A stretch of DNA of 63,975 nucleotides, the filler included, from Octopus bimaculoides (taxonomy: Eukaryota), in the NCBI RefSeq assembly GCF_001194135.2. It is 5 parts of 5 records of this genome, joined end to end, with 100 filler letters (N's around TTAATTAATTAA, not from the genome) between each part and the next. Parts side by side here need not be neighbours in the genome. Positions count along the whole stretch, not along the records: positions 1 to 26,970 come from NC_068982.1; 4 more parts are not named here. One strand, written 5' to 3'. Positions within the stretch are counted from its first letter, which is position 1, and every line of letters starts with the position of its first letter. Positions 1 to 13,352 of this stretch are shown piece by piece. The translations under genes and the position numbers were made by a program. Below the pieces are notes generated by a model, which did not search any database, was not told the DNA's origin, and saw nothing but the letters and a program-made list of their open reading frames with translations.

Positions 1-520
1 TATATAAGTGTATGTATATATATTTATGTATATATATATATGTGTGTGTATATGTATATACATGTTTTTTTCTGTGTATATATGTGTGTATATTTTATGT
101 GTTTATATATGTTTCTAAGTGAGTATTAGTGTATATTTATGTATTCTTTTATATATATATATATATATTTATGTATGTATATGAGTTTGTTTGTGTGTGT
201 GTATATTGTGTGTGTATATATATGTATGTGCATTTGAGTATACATATGTATATTTTTTGTGTGTATAAACTAGAGTATATATATGAGTGTATATATTTTA
301 TATTTTATATTTTTATATATATGTATATATGTATGTATATGTGTATCTATATAATATCTATATTTGAGAGTATGGGAGGGTGAGTGGGAGTGTGTATTTA
401 TGTATAATATTCTTTATTTATTTATATGTGTGTATGACTGTACTTGTATTTATATGTATGTTTAGGTAGGTACATGTGTGTATGTGTAGATATATATTTA
501 TGTATATATATAGTAGTTTT
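1..520. repeat. Degenerate (TA)n/(TG)n low-complexity tract
   Basis: Almost entirely TA/TG/TATG units; the ORF at 129-383 is a Y/I/V/C artefact of this tract. Confidence 0.85.
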
Positions 521-2084
521 ATTTTTATTGGTAGGTTAATATTTTAGGAAGTTTAAGGTTTTATATTACAATGACACTACGTTTTTAGAAGACTAAATCA
601 ATAGTAGGATTTTAGCTTATTTCATAATATTATAATATTTAATTTACGACTCTTAGTCTTATTATTAATTTATTATATATTAGAATTTAAAATTTATTAA
701 TATGTTTTATAAGATAGCTATAGTTTTTTGTTCTTTTTATGTTGTTAGTTATATAAATTCTAAATTTTTCATTCATTTTTTTAAATATTATTATTTCATT
801 CATGTTTTCGCATTCTATTCTGTATTTTAACGTAGTATTTTCGGGCGACCTCTTGCTTAAAACGCTATAGCTATTAGATAACGTCTTAGTTTCAGTTTGA
901 ATTACGGAAAAATATGGATAAGTACTGTTTTTACTTTGCTAAAGATTTTCTACTATTTGAAACTAATATGTATTCTTGTTTTTTTATATTATTCATTTGG
1001 TTCTTTATAGATTATTTTTAATAGATAACTTATTTAACACTAAATTATTTAGAAGTTATAGTTTCATTTCTACATAATATTAGAACTTCGATTTGAATAG
1101 TGTTGATATATTTTCGATTATTTTGGATTGATAATATTTTATTAATAATTAGTCTTTATTGTTTATAATATCGTTAAAGGTTTTTTTTATTAAAACTTTG
1201 TATATATNNNNNNNNNNNNNNNNNNNNNNNNNNNNNNNNNNNNNNNNNNNNNNNNNNNNNNNNNNNNNNNNNNNNNNNNNNNNNNNNNNNNNNNNNNNNN
1301 NNNNNNNNNNNNNNNNNNNNNNNNNNNNNNNNNNNNNNNNNNNNNNNNNNNNNNNNNNNNNNNNNNNNNNNNNNNNNNNNNNNNNNNNNNNNNNNNNNNN
1401 NNNNNNNNNNNNNNNNNNNNNNNNNNNNNNNNNNNNNNNNNNNNNNNNNNNNNNNNNNNNNNNNNNNNNNNNNNNNNNNNNNNNNNNNNNNNNNNNNNNN
1501 NNNNNNNNNNNNNNNNNNNNNNNNNNNNNNNNNNNNNNNNNNNNNNNNNNNNNNNNNNNNNNNNNNNNNNNNNNNNNNNNNNNNNNNNNNNNNNNNNNNN
1601 NNNNNNNNNNNNNNNNNNNNNNNNNNNNNNNNNNNNNNNNNNNNNNNNNNNNNNNNNNNNNNNNNNNNNNNNNNNNNNNNNNNNNNNNNNNNNNNNNNNN
1701 NNNNNNNNNNNNNNNNNNNNNNNNNNNNNNNNNNNNNNNNNNNNNNNNNNNNNNNNNNNNNNNNNNNNNNNNNCGATAATTTCAATTGATTTTAATCGAT
1801 TTAAATTTCCTTTCTACTTGAAAATTAGTTATGAAACACGTGTAATCATTTTATTATATTTATCTTATGATATTTACTTTGCTTTATTTATACTCATTTA
1901 TTGTGCTTTTAATTGTTAATTTTTCTATATGTGATAGTGGATTTTCATCGATGAGTTCTTGAAACTTGGTTATTTTCCCTAAAACTATATATTTTATATA
2001 TATTTCATCTATAAAGCTCAATTTAATTTTAATTTTTTATAAATTGATTTTAATTGAGTTTTTACCTGTAATTTTGGATTTTGT

Positions 2085-2150
2085 CCCTAATATTATATAT
2101 ATATATATATATGTGTGTGTATATATACATAAACAGATAGATAGATAGAT

Positions 2151-2222
<72 letters not shown>

Positions 2223-2245
2223 GGATGGATGGATGGATGAATAGA
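2085..2245. repeat. Compound microsatellite (TA)n-(TAGA)n-(TGGA)n
   Basis: Direct reading: long GATA array followed by GGAT units. Confidence 0.95.
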
Positions 2246-2479
2246 TATGATGTATGTACCCCTTATCATATTTATATCAATATTCTTCTGAAGATGGTAA
2301 GAACAGGTCCCTGACGAAAACGCAAAGGACTCCAGGCAGTAGTATTTGCTTAACAACAGCAATAATTATTCCATATAGAACTTTAAGAAAGCCTTACATA
2401 TTTCTTTTTCCACTTAAACATTGTATTTGTGAAGTGAATGTTTGAAAATCCTTACTTTTCCAGATTGTGGCTTAAACAT

Positions 2480-2702
2480 TTACCAATATGCTTCAAACTT
2501 TCGCTCATCACCATCAATTTCAGAGTAGTGGGTAAGTTAACTACATTGACCCCAGTGCTCAACTGGTACTTATTTTATCGACCCCAAGAGGATGAAGGGC
2601 AAAGTCGACTTGGTTGTAATTTGAACTCAGAACATAAAGATTAACGAAATGTCGCTAAGCATTTTGCCCTACGTGCTAATGACTCTGCCAGTTCGACGCC
2701 TT
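2480..2702 (-). mobile_element. tRNA-derived SINE family A
   Basis: The reverse strand reads GGCGTCGAACTGGCAG...TTCTGAGTTCAAAT (B-box-like)...CTTCATCCTCTTGGGGTCGATAAAATAAGTACCAGTT. The same body recurs at 15.8, 16.0, 28.7, 40.6, 46.4, 46.7, 52.9 and 57.0 kb. The central CCTTTCATCC...GGTCGATAAAATAAGTACC block resembles the Meta-type SINE domain (from recall, not searched). Confidence 0.85.
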
Positions 2703-5700
2703 AACATTTACTAATATACACAAGTTAACTGATGATTATTGGTATAAATGTAAATTATAATCACAATAGAGGAACTTTTCTGACTTGATTTCAAAATTTT
2801 TGTTCACGACTGCTGTGTAGCTAAATTATATGATTATACATGATTATACATGACGTTTCAGTCCTGACCCATTTTACCAGATTAGGCCTCTTATGTGGGC
2901 ACTTGATAGGCGTTTTGATGGGAATGTGCCACAAATAGTCCTTAAAAGCAAAATTTAAGCATAGCTGTAGGTAATGGAAAATACTAATTACGCATAAATT
3001 CAAACACATAAAATGTATTAGCTTATTTTTAGAATTTCCAGTGATTTATCAGAAGCTATTTCTTATCAACTAAATGTCTAATTACAACTATGTAATGTAC
3101 ATATCAAACTGTCAGCAATTAATTGTTAATAATATTATATTTATAGGTTTATATACATAAGTTGTTAATTCGATTCATATCTTGTCCTCTATGTACACTT
3201 GCGCGAATATGTCAAAAGATAAATTTTGGAATGATCTCCGATCGTTGCCACTTGACTTATTTGTGGCTGTATACATAGAAAACAAGATTTGATTCGTACT
3301 GGGAACCTTTATATACGATTGAAACTTAATAATGTTCTTTTCCACTACTTTTGTCCAAGTCTATATAGATAGGGAAAATAAAATGGAAAAAGAAAAAATA
3401 TTTTTTCATAATATATCAATTGTTAAACTTTCCTTTTCTTGCGCAGTTTTATTTATCAAAATTGTTTACATCGGCAGTTATTGTAACTATCAATATTTAA
3501 ATCATGAAATCCCTCCTAGTCGAATAATACACCTTAATGTAATAACTTTAAAGTATGCACAGCACGTCACGTATACCTTACATCCTATATGGAAAATAGA
3601 AAAAAAAAATTGATTCAGTTGCCAGAGCAATTAAAACCTTAAGCTGATGCTAAGTAACGGATAGAATTCTTTGCTCCCTTTAGCCATCTAATGAGAGGAA
3701 TTTAATTCAACTCCGCAGGCAACCAATTCACTCGTTAAGTATAGACTGTTCTCAGTGATTTCTCGGTAAAATAGTACATATTTACGGTCAGAAGTAATAA
3801 ACCTGCTAATATTAAGGTAAGAGATACGAAATTCTGGATTTAATAGTGAGAAGTTGAACACTGTCGACTAGACTATCGATAATTCACGCAACAATGTTGC
3901 ATAAACATTAAGCTTGCTCAATGTGACTGTCAACTTTTGTTACACTATACTGCTAACATCTCTTGAAGGAAAACTATAAAAGTAAGACATTAAATCCATG
4001 AAACAAAACAGCATAGGCAAAGCAAAATAAATGATCTGATGTTTCGACGAGAAAGTTTGAGTAATATTTGGTCAATAGTAATTGGATTTACAGAATATAT
4101 TAAAAAATTCAATCAACACAGGAGTATAGATGGCTAACGGACCTGCAATAAATAGCAAACAAATCTCCTTCAATTCACACTTTATCATCTCCAAAACAAG
4201 GAAAAAGACATAAGAAAATACGATTCTACATATAGCATGGTTGAAAAAAAATCGGAAGGTTTTTGATTCTAATTCTATTCTCAGAGCTAATATTGATTTA
4301 ACAAGGGTATCCATGATTGTTGGTCTTTACTACTGTCCCTTTAAAGTTCCTTTTTTTTTGTGCGTGTTCTATTTACGCTTTAATTACTGTTAGAACTTCT
4401 AAATTCTTCTCTGTTTATTATGTCTAATATATGTATATGTATGGGATGAGAATTACTGCTGCAACAAATGAATTGCATATAAAATATGAAGTTGAGTTTA
4501 CATTAAGATAAGTGATAGCGTATAAAAAATATTGTTTTATGAAATAAAGACTTCCTTACCTCCTCAGGTTTGAAATTATTGTAACTCCCAACAAGGTCTA
4601 ACCCGGTACAAAGCGCAACTTGCTACTCGTACAGTACATGGCTCCCCCATCTGAGACGGCGTTATAACTTAAATATACAAACATCTGAAAAAACATTGCA
4701 AAAGGCCATCCGATTGATTAGAAGTAAGTCACTCAATAAGACATTCTTATTTCTGACTCACCGATGTGATGTCTCTTATTGGACAACTGTCACGAGCGTT
4801 TTCGTATTTCTCAGAATGATCAACTCATTGACTCTAACATAATGCCTATCGAATTCCTTACCAAATCCACTCTTAGGAACTGGTAACATTGAATTATACC
4901 ACACAGCAGATAACAGAATGCAGTCAAAGACACACATCCTGATGATATTTTGTTCACATTACATGGACATGAAAATATAGAAGGAACTAATGTTGGTTTC
5001 GCAGCATTACAACCACCTGACCTGAACTGACCAACAGAGGCCTAAATGTCGAAAGGCCAGTATCAGACATCGGTGTTTCACCATTCTTGTGGCACACACA
5101 CATACACACATACATATATACTATTTATTTAAAAGACACAAGATATGTATTAAAGCGCTACGAAAAGTGTCATATGTTGAGAAAACTCAAACACATTCTT
5201 CAGGCGCAAACCACGTATCTTAACGAACTATAGAAATTGAATAATGGAAGAAACGCGAAAAAGCTGAGAAGGCAGCATATAGAAAACGCAGATAGTAAAC
5301 AACGGAAAACGCAAAGCAGAAACTAAAATGTGGAAAAGTATAAACGTAAAAGAGCTATCCTCCTTAGACCTTAAATGATAAGGCTGGAAATAAATCAAGT
5401 CAGGAATAGACGGAATTTTCCAAATCTTCAAAATGTATTGATATATATGCATGCAACCTCTGAAAATTTCTGACCTGGACTTTAATAGAGAGTTAGATCT
5501 GAACAGGATTTGCGCTCTTTCAGCCAAAGTCGATACATTCACATAGGGTATGGATTTCTCAATTACTTTCTATTTAATCACATGCGGTATTTCATTGTCT
5601 TTCAAAGTCCATACGTAGCTAGCCAACTTAGTAGCTTTACTTTTGTCGCTATGTCACTAGATCTATTATTAATATTTTGATTATTATTAGAGGGATTATG

Positions 5701-6106
5701 AATTAATTTATCTTTTGAAGCCACTATTGGTTAAGGCTTTGTTATAATAAGGGGCAGCTTTCTCGAAAATTTCTTTGGAAGAAGAGAGGTTAGACACTCT
5801 GTTACTAATATTAGTTATCAAGTTTTTAAATATTACAGGAGGGTGATAAGACTGCTTATGCATGTATGCGAGGTTCTCATTAGGCTTATAGATATGTTTA
5901 TAGGAGGTGGAGTTTAAATCTCGGGAAACATCTAAATAAACGACTATAGAGAGATTAGTAGCGACTGTAATTTTAAGTCCTAATTGATTAAAGGTCGAAA
6001 TCAGTTGCTTTCTAAATCTATAAAGACTGTAACCATCACACCCACGGGAAATACCCAGATGGAATACTTTTTAGTTGAATTTTCTTTCACGGATCAGTAC
6101 ATTTAT

Positions 6107-6157
<51 letters not shown>

Positions 6158-7039
6158 ACTATTTATATATATATACTATTTGTACTAGTATTACTTATTA
6201 TGCTTTGCTAATTGCAACATCATTGCCTGAATAGACCTGGTGCTTTATTTAGTGTTGACGGGAGACTCGGTTATATCGCAGTTATCATTGTTATATCATT
6301 ACTGCGTCTATCATTGAGGAGCACTTAACAGGGCGAAATCACATGAGCTGCCAGTTCCGGTGGCTGTAGCAGACAGCCCTCGTCTCTCACCGATATACAT
6401 ACGAGTGCTTCTATGTACCACGAGTCTATATGAGAGGACCTCTCGAAGTAAATAACGCCGTATTCTGTATTCTAACTCAACATTCAAGTTAAACTGGAGA
6501 TAAGATTGTCTTTTGATATTAATATGTATTCTTTAGACATTGTGAGACTACTAACATAGTGTATACTCAATATACTGTACATATGCTTTTATATTTCTGT
6601 GTACGTTTGTGTGTATATATATATATATATATNNNNNNNNNNNNNNNNNNNNNNNNNNNNNNNNNNNNNNNNNNNNNNNNNNNNNNNNNNNNNNNNNNNN
6701 NNNNNNNNNNNNNNNNNNNNNNNNNNNNNNNNNNNNNNNNNNNNNNNNNNNNNNNNNNNNNNNNNNNNNNNNNNNNNNNNNNNNNNNNNNNNNNNNNNNN
6801 NNNNNNNNNNNNNNNNNNNNNNNNNNNNNNNNNNNNNNNNNNNNNNNNNNNNNNATGCAAATATTAAGAATGATATGTTCAGAACAGTCACTACCTTGAA
6901 TTTATTCAGAACTATTGCAACCACAGCAGATCACTTTAACGTCACTTGACCATTTAAGAGGATTCCACCAACATCTTACTACTGCCATACCACTCCCGTA
7001 TTTTTCTTCTTTTCTTACTCCCTTTTCTTCTTCTTTTTA

Positions 7040-7066
7040 TTCTTCTTCTTCTTCTTCTTCTTCTTC

Positions 7067-7134
<68 letters not shown>

Positions 7135-7150
7135 GTTGTTGTTGTTGCTG
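7040..7150. repeat. Compound trinucleotide microsatellite (TCT)n-(TAT)n-(TGT)n
   Basis: Direct reading. Confidence 0.95.
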
Positions 7151-7379
7151 TTATCATTATACGCCGCCTCCTTTCACGGCTACTGCTGCTTAAACAATCA
7201 AAACCAAGAACTCATATCAAATATACTTTTAGGACTACTACTACCTACTACCAAGCCTTCACAAGAGTAAAAAAAGAAACAGACAGACAGAAAAAAAGAA
7301 AATGTCCCTTGTATTTGAAAGCTATGGAAATATTTTTAAAAAACATTTCATTTAATTTTTCCACAATTTAATTGTTTTT

Positions 7380-8005
7380 CAGGCTGCCCATTGACTCACC
7401 GCATATAGATCAGTCTGGAGTTGAGTTCGGTCTTCTTCATTGATGATATGATGGAGCATAGTGTCATCAGCAAATATTTTCACTCTGCAGTGTTTTACGA
7501 CGCTCGAAAAGTCGTTTATATAGATTATAAAAAGGAGCGGGCCCAAGACATTCCCCTGAGGAACACCACTAGTGACAGTTGCTGGGCTTTAGTGAACTAC
7601 ATCGGTCACAACATGTTGTGTTCTATTCGCCAGGAAATACTTAAAGTTTTGCGCGGATTCCAGCATTTGTCAATTTTGAGAGTAAGATACTATAGTCAAC
7701 CGTGTAGAACGCTTTACTGAAGTCAAGGTATATGACATCAGGCTATAAGTATATCCTCAATGTGGTGTAAGAGGTGTGTTAGACAGCCCCTGCCACATCG
7801 AAAGCCATGGTGATTTGTATTTGGGATTTTGTGGATCATCAGGAAGCCAGCTATACTTGATGTTACCACACTTTGAAACAGTTAAATGATGTAGGAGGCG
7901 AGTGAGATTGGGCGATAGTTACCTGCGAGAGATCTGTTTCAATGTTTGAAAACCGGGATGACAGAATGGGATAGGAACTGTTTCGGCATATAACCTGAGT
8001 CATAC
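7380..8005 (-). mobile_element. CR1/L2-like LINE reverse transcriptase remnant
   Basis: Minus-strand translation gives NYRPISL, SGVPQGNVLGPLLFIIYINDF and FADDT, with stops and frameshifts. Confidence 0.85.
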
Positions 8006-8545
8006 ATATANNNNNNNNNNNNNNNNNNNNNNNNNNNNNNNNNNNNNNNNNNNNNNNNNNNNNNNNNNNNNNNNNNNNNNNNNNNNNNNNNNNNNNNNNN
8101 NNNNNNNNNNNNNNNNNNNNNNNNNNNNNNNNNNNNNNNNNNNNNNNNNNNNNNNNNNNNNNNNNNNNNNNNNNNNNNNNNNNNNNNNNNNNNNNNNNNN
8201 NNNNNNNNNNNNNNNNNNNNNNNNNNNNNNNNNNNNNNNNNNNNNNNNNNNNNNNNNNNNNNNNNNNNNNNNNNNNNNNNNNNNNNNNNNNNNNNNNNNN
8301 NNNNNNNNNNNNNNNNNNNNNNNNNNNNNNNNNNNNNNNNNNNNNNNNNNNNNNNNNNNNNNNNNNNNNNNNNNNNNNNNNNNNNNNNNNNNNNNNNNNN
8401 NNNNNNNNNNNNNNNNNNNNNNNNNNNNNNNNNNNNNNNNNNNNNNNNNNNNNNNNNNNNNNNNNNNNNNNNNNNNNNNNNNNNNNNNNNNNNNNNNNNN
8501 NNNNNNNNNNNNNNNNNNNNNNNNNNNNNNNNNNNNNNNNNNNNN

Positions 8546-8576
<31 letters not shown>

Positions 8577-8632
8577 AAAAGAATGTGATAAAGAGACCAA
8601 TGGCATAAATAAATTTATATTTTATGTAGTAT

Positions 8633-8681
8633 GTCTTACAGCTGTTTCAGGGAAAATTTGCTGTATCTCTTCATCGGAGAC
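8633..8681 (-). ncRNA. Minimal type-I hammerhead ribozyme motif (left arm)
   Basis: Minus strand: GTCT-CCGATGA-AGAG atacagcaaatttt CCCT-GAAA-CAGCTG-TA-AGAC. Stem I is GTCT/AGAC, the core is a U4C variant, ACAGCTGT is palindromic and the cleavage triplet is GUA. Confidence 0.65.
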
Positions 8682-8857
8682 GGTAATAGTAGAAGCTAAG
8701 GATTATTAAATCTGTATGAGGAGATTTGCAGTAAGAAATGAGAGCGATGCGGAGGAAAAAACAAAGAAGAGAAAGTCTTTTCTTCTCCGCATCGCTCTCA
8801 TTTCTTACTGCAAATCTCCTCATACAGATGTAATAATCCTTATCTTCTACTATTACC

Positions 8858-8906
8858 GTCTCCGATGACGGGATACATCGTTTTTGCCCTGAAACAGCTG
8901 TAAGAC
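8858..8906 (+). ncRNA. Minimal type-I hammerhead ribozyme motif (right arm)
   Basis: GTCT-CCGATGA-CGGG atacatcgtttttg CCCT-GAAA-CAGCTG-TA-AGAC; same architecture as the left-arm copy. Confidence 0.65.
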
Positions 8907-9971
8907 ATTCTACATAAAATATAAATTTATTTCTGCCATTTGTCTCTTTATCTCATTCTTTTTATATATACACACGCTAATACACAACCCATGTTATATT
9001 CACCATTCATGTTGCAACTACATCTGGGGCAAAACTAGTCGCATACAGCACTTACTCGGTATTACCTGTATCATTTGGGTCTGGTTGACTCCTTTACTCT
9101 TTATAACCTTTATACATATATACATATATATATNNNNNNNNNNNNNNNNNNNNNNNNNNNNNNNNNNNNNNNNNNNNNNNNNNNNNNNNNNNNNNNNNNN
9201 NNNNNNNNNNNNNNNNNNNNNNNNNNNNNNNNNNNNNNNNNNNNNNNNNNNNNNNNNNNNNNNNNNNNNNNNNNNNNNNNNNNNNNNNNNNNNNNNNNNN
9301 NNNNNNNNNNNNNNNNNNNNNNNNNNNNNNNNNNNNNNNNNNNNNNNNNNNNNNNNNNNNNNNNNNNNNNNNNNNNNNNNNNNNNNNNNNNNNNNNNNNN
9401 NNNNNATATATATATATATATATACTAATATATGCACGGGGTAGATTGCCACATGTGGCTAAATATTCGCTACGCTTTTGGTATCACCAAGATTACTGAT
9501 AGGACTTGCTTTCTATATTGTGTCTATGTACAAGCTTGTTATCTCTCTATACCTTTTACTTAGATTTCCTATATATATTTTATATATTTTTTTACATATT
9601 AATAGAGATAATGTTTTGTATATTTTTCACACATATTTTTTCTGTATTATCCCTTCCACCCTGCTTTCTTCACTGTGCGTCAATAGACGTGTACATAGAA
9701 CCTTTTGTGCGCGCTTGTGGGTGTGTGGGTGTGTGGGTATGTGCGTGCATGCGAGATTAATCGCAAATAGACGCGTTTTGCCCTTATAGCTTTTTCACAC
9801 ATTTTACACTTCTTTCTGTATTTTGCCTTTATCTCTGTCTTTTTCTTGGGTATGTGCGTATATCGACGTGTGTATGAACCTTTTTTGCACGTGTATGTAT
9901 GCGTGAGAGCGTGTTGCGCTCGTTGTGCATGCGATTGAAGCGCGGTACTATTGCTGGGATCTTTGTAATTA

Positions 9972-10925
9972 TACACTGTCGACCCGTTCCGGTGGTGTAG
10001 CTTTCAATGCCAAAATTTGGCACAATTCCTTCCAGGAGCTTCCGGATGTATACAACTGCATACCTCTCCCGCTTTCGTTCCAGGGAGTAGAGCCTTAGCT
10101 GTTTCCGCCTTTCCCAGTAGCTGAGATGTTGCAATGAGATGATCTTTGGGAAGCTTCGCTAGATTGCTTCAAGATCCGCTGTTAATTTTACACTATTACG
10201 TGACCATAGCTGGGAGTAGTAATCCAGGAGGCTGAGGACGAATGTTCTCCATAGGGCCATCATGGTTTCCTTATCTCTGGTTCTGAATGTTCTCAGGACC
10301 CATCCAGACAGTCGCCTACACTTTGTCGCCATCCTGGTGATGTGCACATGGAAAGGGGTATCATCACTCATGTCGATACTCAGGTTCCTTACAGATTTAG
10401 GCTCTGGGATTGTAATTCTCTGTGGACCAGTGTACCCTGCAAGTTTCATATTTAGTTTTGGACACTGGTAGCGCAGGGCTCGGAATTTCAGCATTAAACT
10501 GCATATTATTATCCTCAGCCCATCAGAAATTTTCGTCCAACTCCTGCTGCAGGTGTGCAACATGTCTGGGGTTCTGTATTTTCTGCGAGACTTTCGTATC
10601 ATCTGCGTAGCTAGCAAGGGTTGCTATCTTGGCAGTTCAGGGCATATCTTAGAGGAGCACTATGAAATGCAGTTGTCTCAAGACAGTATTCTATAAAATA
10701 TCTCTCACTGTGTGTGTTTTCATTGAGGTCGCTCCGTTGGCCACTACAGCCTGACTTCTATCTGTCAGAAAGTCATGTAACCACTCTCCAAGTATTCCAG
10801 CTATGCGGAGATCATGCAGTTTGTGGCATATAATACCATGATCCAGTTTCACTACAGCTTTTTCAAAATCAAAGTATATTACTTCCACATTTGAGTTGTT
10901 GCGTAACTGCCTCAACACCCATTGA
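9972..10925 (-). mobile_element. CR1-like LINE remnant (RT and C-terminal region)
   Basis: Translations VIYFDFEKA, YADDTKVSQKI, WAEDNNMQFN, LDYYSQLWS, LYSLERKRERY; same family as 54295-55450. Confidence 0.9.
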
Positions 10926-10943
10926 TAATGCTGTGAGAGCTGA

Positions 10944-10980
<37 letters not shown>

Positions 10981-10981
10981 T

Positions 10982-11012
<31 letters not shown>

Positions 11013-11686
11013 CTATATATATANNNNNNNNNNNNNNNNNNNNNNNNNNNNNNNNNNNNNNNNNNNNNNNNNNNNNNNNNNNNNNNNNNNNNNNNNNNNN
11101 NNNNNNNNNNNNNNNNNNNNNNNNNNNNNNNNNNNNNNNNNNNNNNNNNNNNNNNNNNNNNNNNNNNNNNNNNNNNNNNNNNNNNNNNNNNNNNNNNNNN
11201 NNNNNNNNNNNNNNNNNNNNNNNNNNNNNNNNNNNNNNNNNNNNNNNNNNNNNNNNNNNNNNNNNNNNNNNNNNNNNNNNNNNNNNNNNNNNNNNNNNNN
11301 NNNNNNNNNNNNNNNNNNNNNNNNNNNNNNATATATATATACATGCATATATATAATGCTGTCTGTTTACTGTTGCATATATTGTGTATACCAGCACTGC
11401 CATTGGACCGAAACTATTAGATGTATAGGTGATCAAGGGTACTTTTATGGAAATGTGAGCTAACATTATTCAATGTGTCGTTTCATTTTTGAAACGGTCT
11501 GACATGGTTTGGACGTATTTCGGTGTATTTCACAAGTCAAACGATCCCGTGAGGCCTGTTTTTTATTGACTCCATAAAGAGAGAAATGTATCGCGTGAAA
11601 TGAAAAACTTAGTAGTAGAGAGTATATAAGCAATTTCTTCATGGTTATGTATGTATGTATGCATACATACATACATACATACATAC

Positions 11687-13322
11687 ATGCTAAGAATGTT
11701 AACAAGGCCAAAAAACACCTGGAATTAATAACAACGATTTCAGCTGATATAGGCATGGAATTTGGCCAAAAGAAATGTTCATATTTGGTTATAGGTCGAG
11801 GAAAGTCAGTGCACCAAAACCAAAACCTGTGACAGTCTCACTATCTCCCCCATTCCATACAAAATATGTTACAAGTACCTAATCATAGATGAAAATGTAT
11901 CATATGAAGACACTATGAGTAAAGGTAGTGACGCGAGAATATTACACCTGACTTAGAAAAATATCGATGTCGGAACTCTCGTCTTACAACAAAACAATAT
12001 CCCATAATGCATTTGCAGTACTCGTGTTGATCCCAACGTTTAGGATACTTGATTGGTCTGTAGAGGACATCCACTCCATAGATATCAGTACCCGCAAAAT
12101 CCTGACAACAATTTGGAACTTCCACAGAAATAGTGATGTTGACAGGCTCTACCTAAGAAGAAATGAAGGTGGTAGATGCCTGAGACCAGTGTAGATGGTC
12201 TTCGAATGCCGTATGGCATCATTCAGGCAGCACCTGCTGAAAAACAGCAGTAAAAATAAATATATACATGGAATGCTGAAAAGTGAAGTGAGAAACATTG
12301 TACGAATTTGCAGTGAGCTCTTCAAGAAGCGCTCTATTCCTGATGATACAGCCCCAAAACAGCTGGGCTCTCTTACCTCAGAGAAAACCTGGATGGAAAT
12401 CACTCAGCATACAAAAAGAAGACTATGCATTGGTATGTTGCCCGAAGGCTTCAAGAAGACAATAGAATTAACACGAAGCGCAGCCTCTCTTGGACACAAG
12501 ACCACTACATCACATCACACTTTGAATGCTATGCGTTTGCAATCCAAGACCAGCAGATTGCCACAAAGTACCTGGTGAACAAGAGAGACAGTGACGCCCT
12601 TGTAATCCCAAGGTGTAACCGCAAATATAGGCTATATCATGTTTCTGTGGAAGACATCACGTATATGATTAGTAGCCGTCCTAAAATGTCGTCAGGGTAC
12701 TACCTCACTATGCGGCACGATGTTGTCTCTAAAACAATTTACAATGCCATCTGCAAAAAAGATTGCCCTGAAATAAAATCCCTCCGTTATGGAATACAAT
12801 CATAAACACCAACTCAAGGAATACTGGCAGAATATTCCCATCAGAACTGCTATTAAATGTTAACAAAACAGCCGGATATTGCTGTTTGGGAGAAAAGGAC
12901 AAAGGCATGTACCGTCATAGAGGTCAGCTGCTTTGGAGGTATGAATACCTCTTGGAAAATCAAAGAAATAGGTGATATCTATAGACAACTGCTTCGAAAC
13001 TTTCAGCTTCTATATCCAGACTATGAATTCATATTCATATTATATATATTAAGTATAATAATAATTGGAGCACTAGGTTTTGTTAGTAAATGCTTAAAGG
13101 AGAATCTGGATAAAATGGGATTTTCAGAAAGAAAATCGACCGGCTAATTTGTATATTACAAGTGCAATCTGTGGGTGGAGCAGTAAAAATATGCAAGACT
13201 TTTCTCAAGTTGCAAACGTGAATTTGTCTGTCTTAACTACATCCCAAAGATGGAGCCTTGTATCTCTGTTGGAAACCAACTGTCCCCTAGAAGATATATA
13301 ATAATTAAAAAATAGAAGAGGA
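11687..13322 (+). mobile_element. R4/Dong-clade non-LTR retrotransposon, 5'-truncated (RT, zinc knuckle, restriction-like endonuclease, 3'UTR)
   Basis: DIGMEFGQKKC, SDVDRLYLRRNEGGR, a degenerate C-x2-C...H...C-like knuckle followed by RHDVV, and PDIAVWEK...VIEVSC (PD-(D/E)xK type). Multiple stops and frameshifts. Confidence 0.85.
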
Positions 13323-13352
13323 ATACATACATACATACATACATACATACAG

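Larger units (their letters stand above)
8569..8970. repeat. Long inverted repeat: 186-bp arms (8569-8754, 8785-8970), 30-bp spacer
   Basis: Manual alignment of the left-arm reverse complement to the right arm gives about 13 substitutions and no indels. Confidence 0.95.

Noticed and set aside
1-1207. C-poor, T-rich start resembling a NUMT or converted DNA
   Set aside because: The skew comes from decayed TA/TG repeats, C and G even out after about 550, and no mitochondrial ORF or rRNA is recognisable.
4568-4723. Good acceptor (ctcctcag) and strong donor (AA|gtaagt) bracketing 156 nt
   Set aside because: All three frames contain stops; LQKAIRLI suggests a decayed LINE tail instead.
5228-5542. 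104-aa minus-strand ORF
   Set aside because: No recognisable domain and no convincing splice context.
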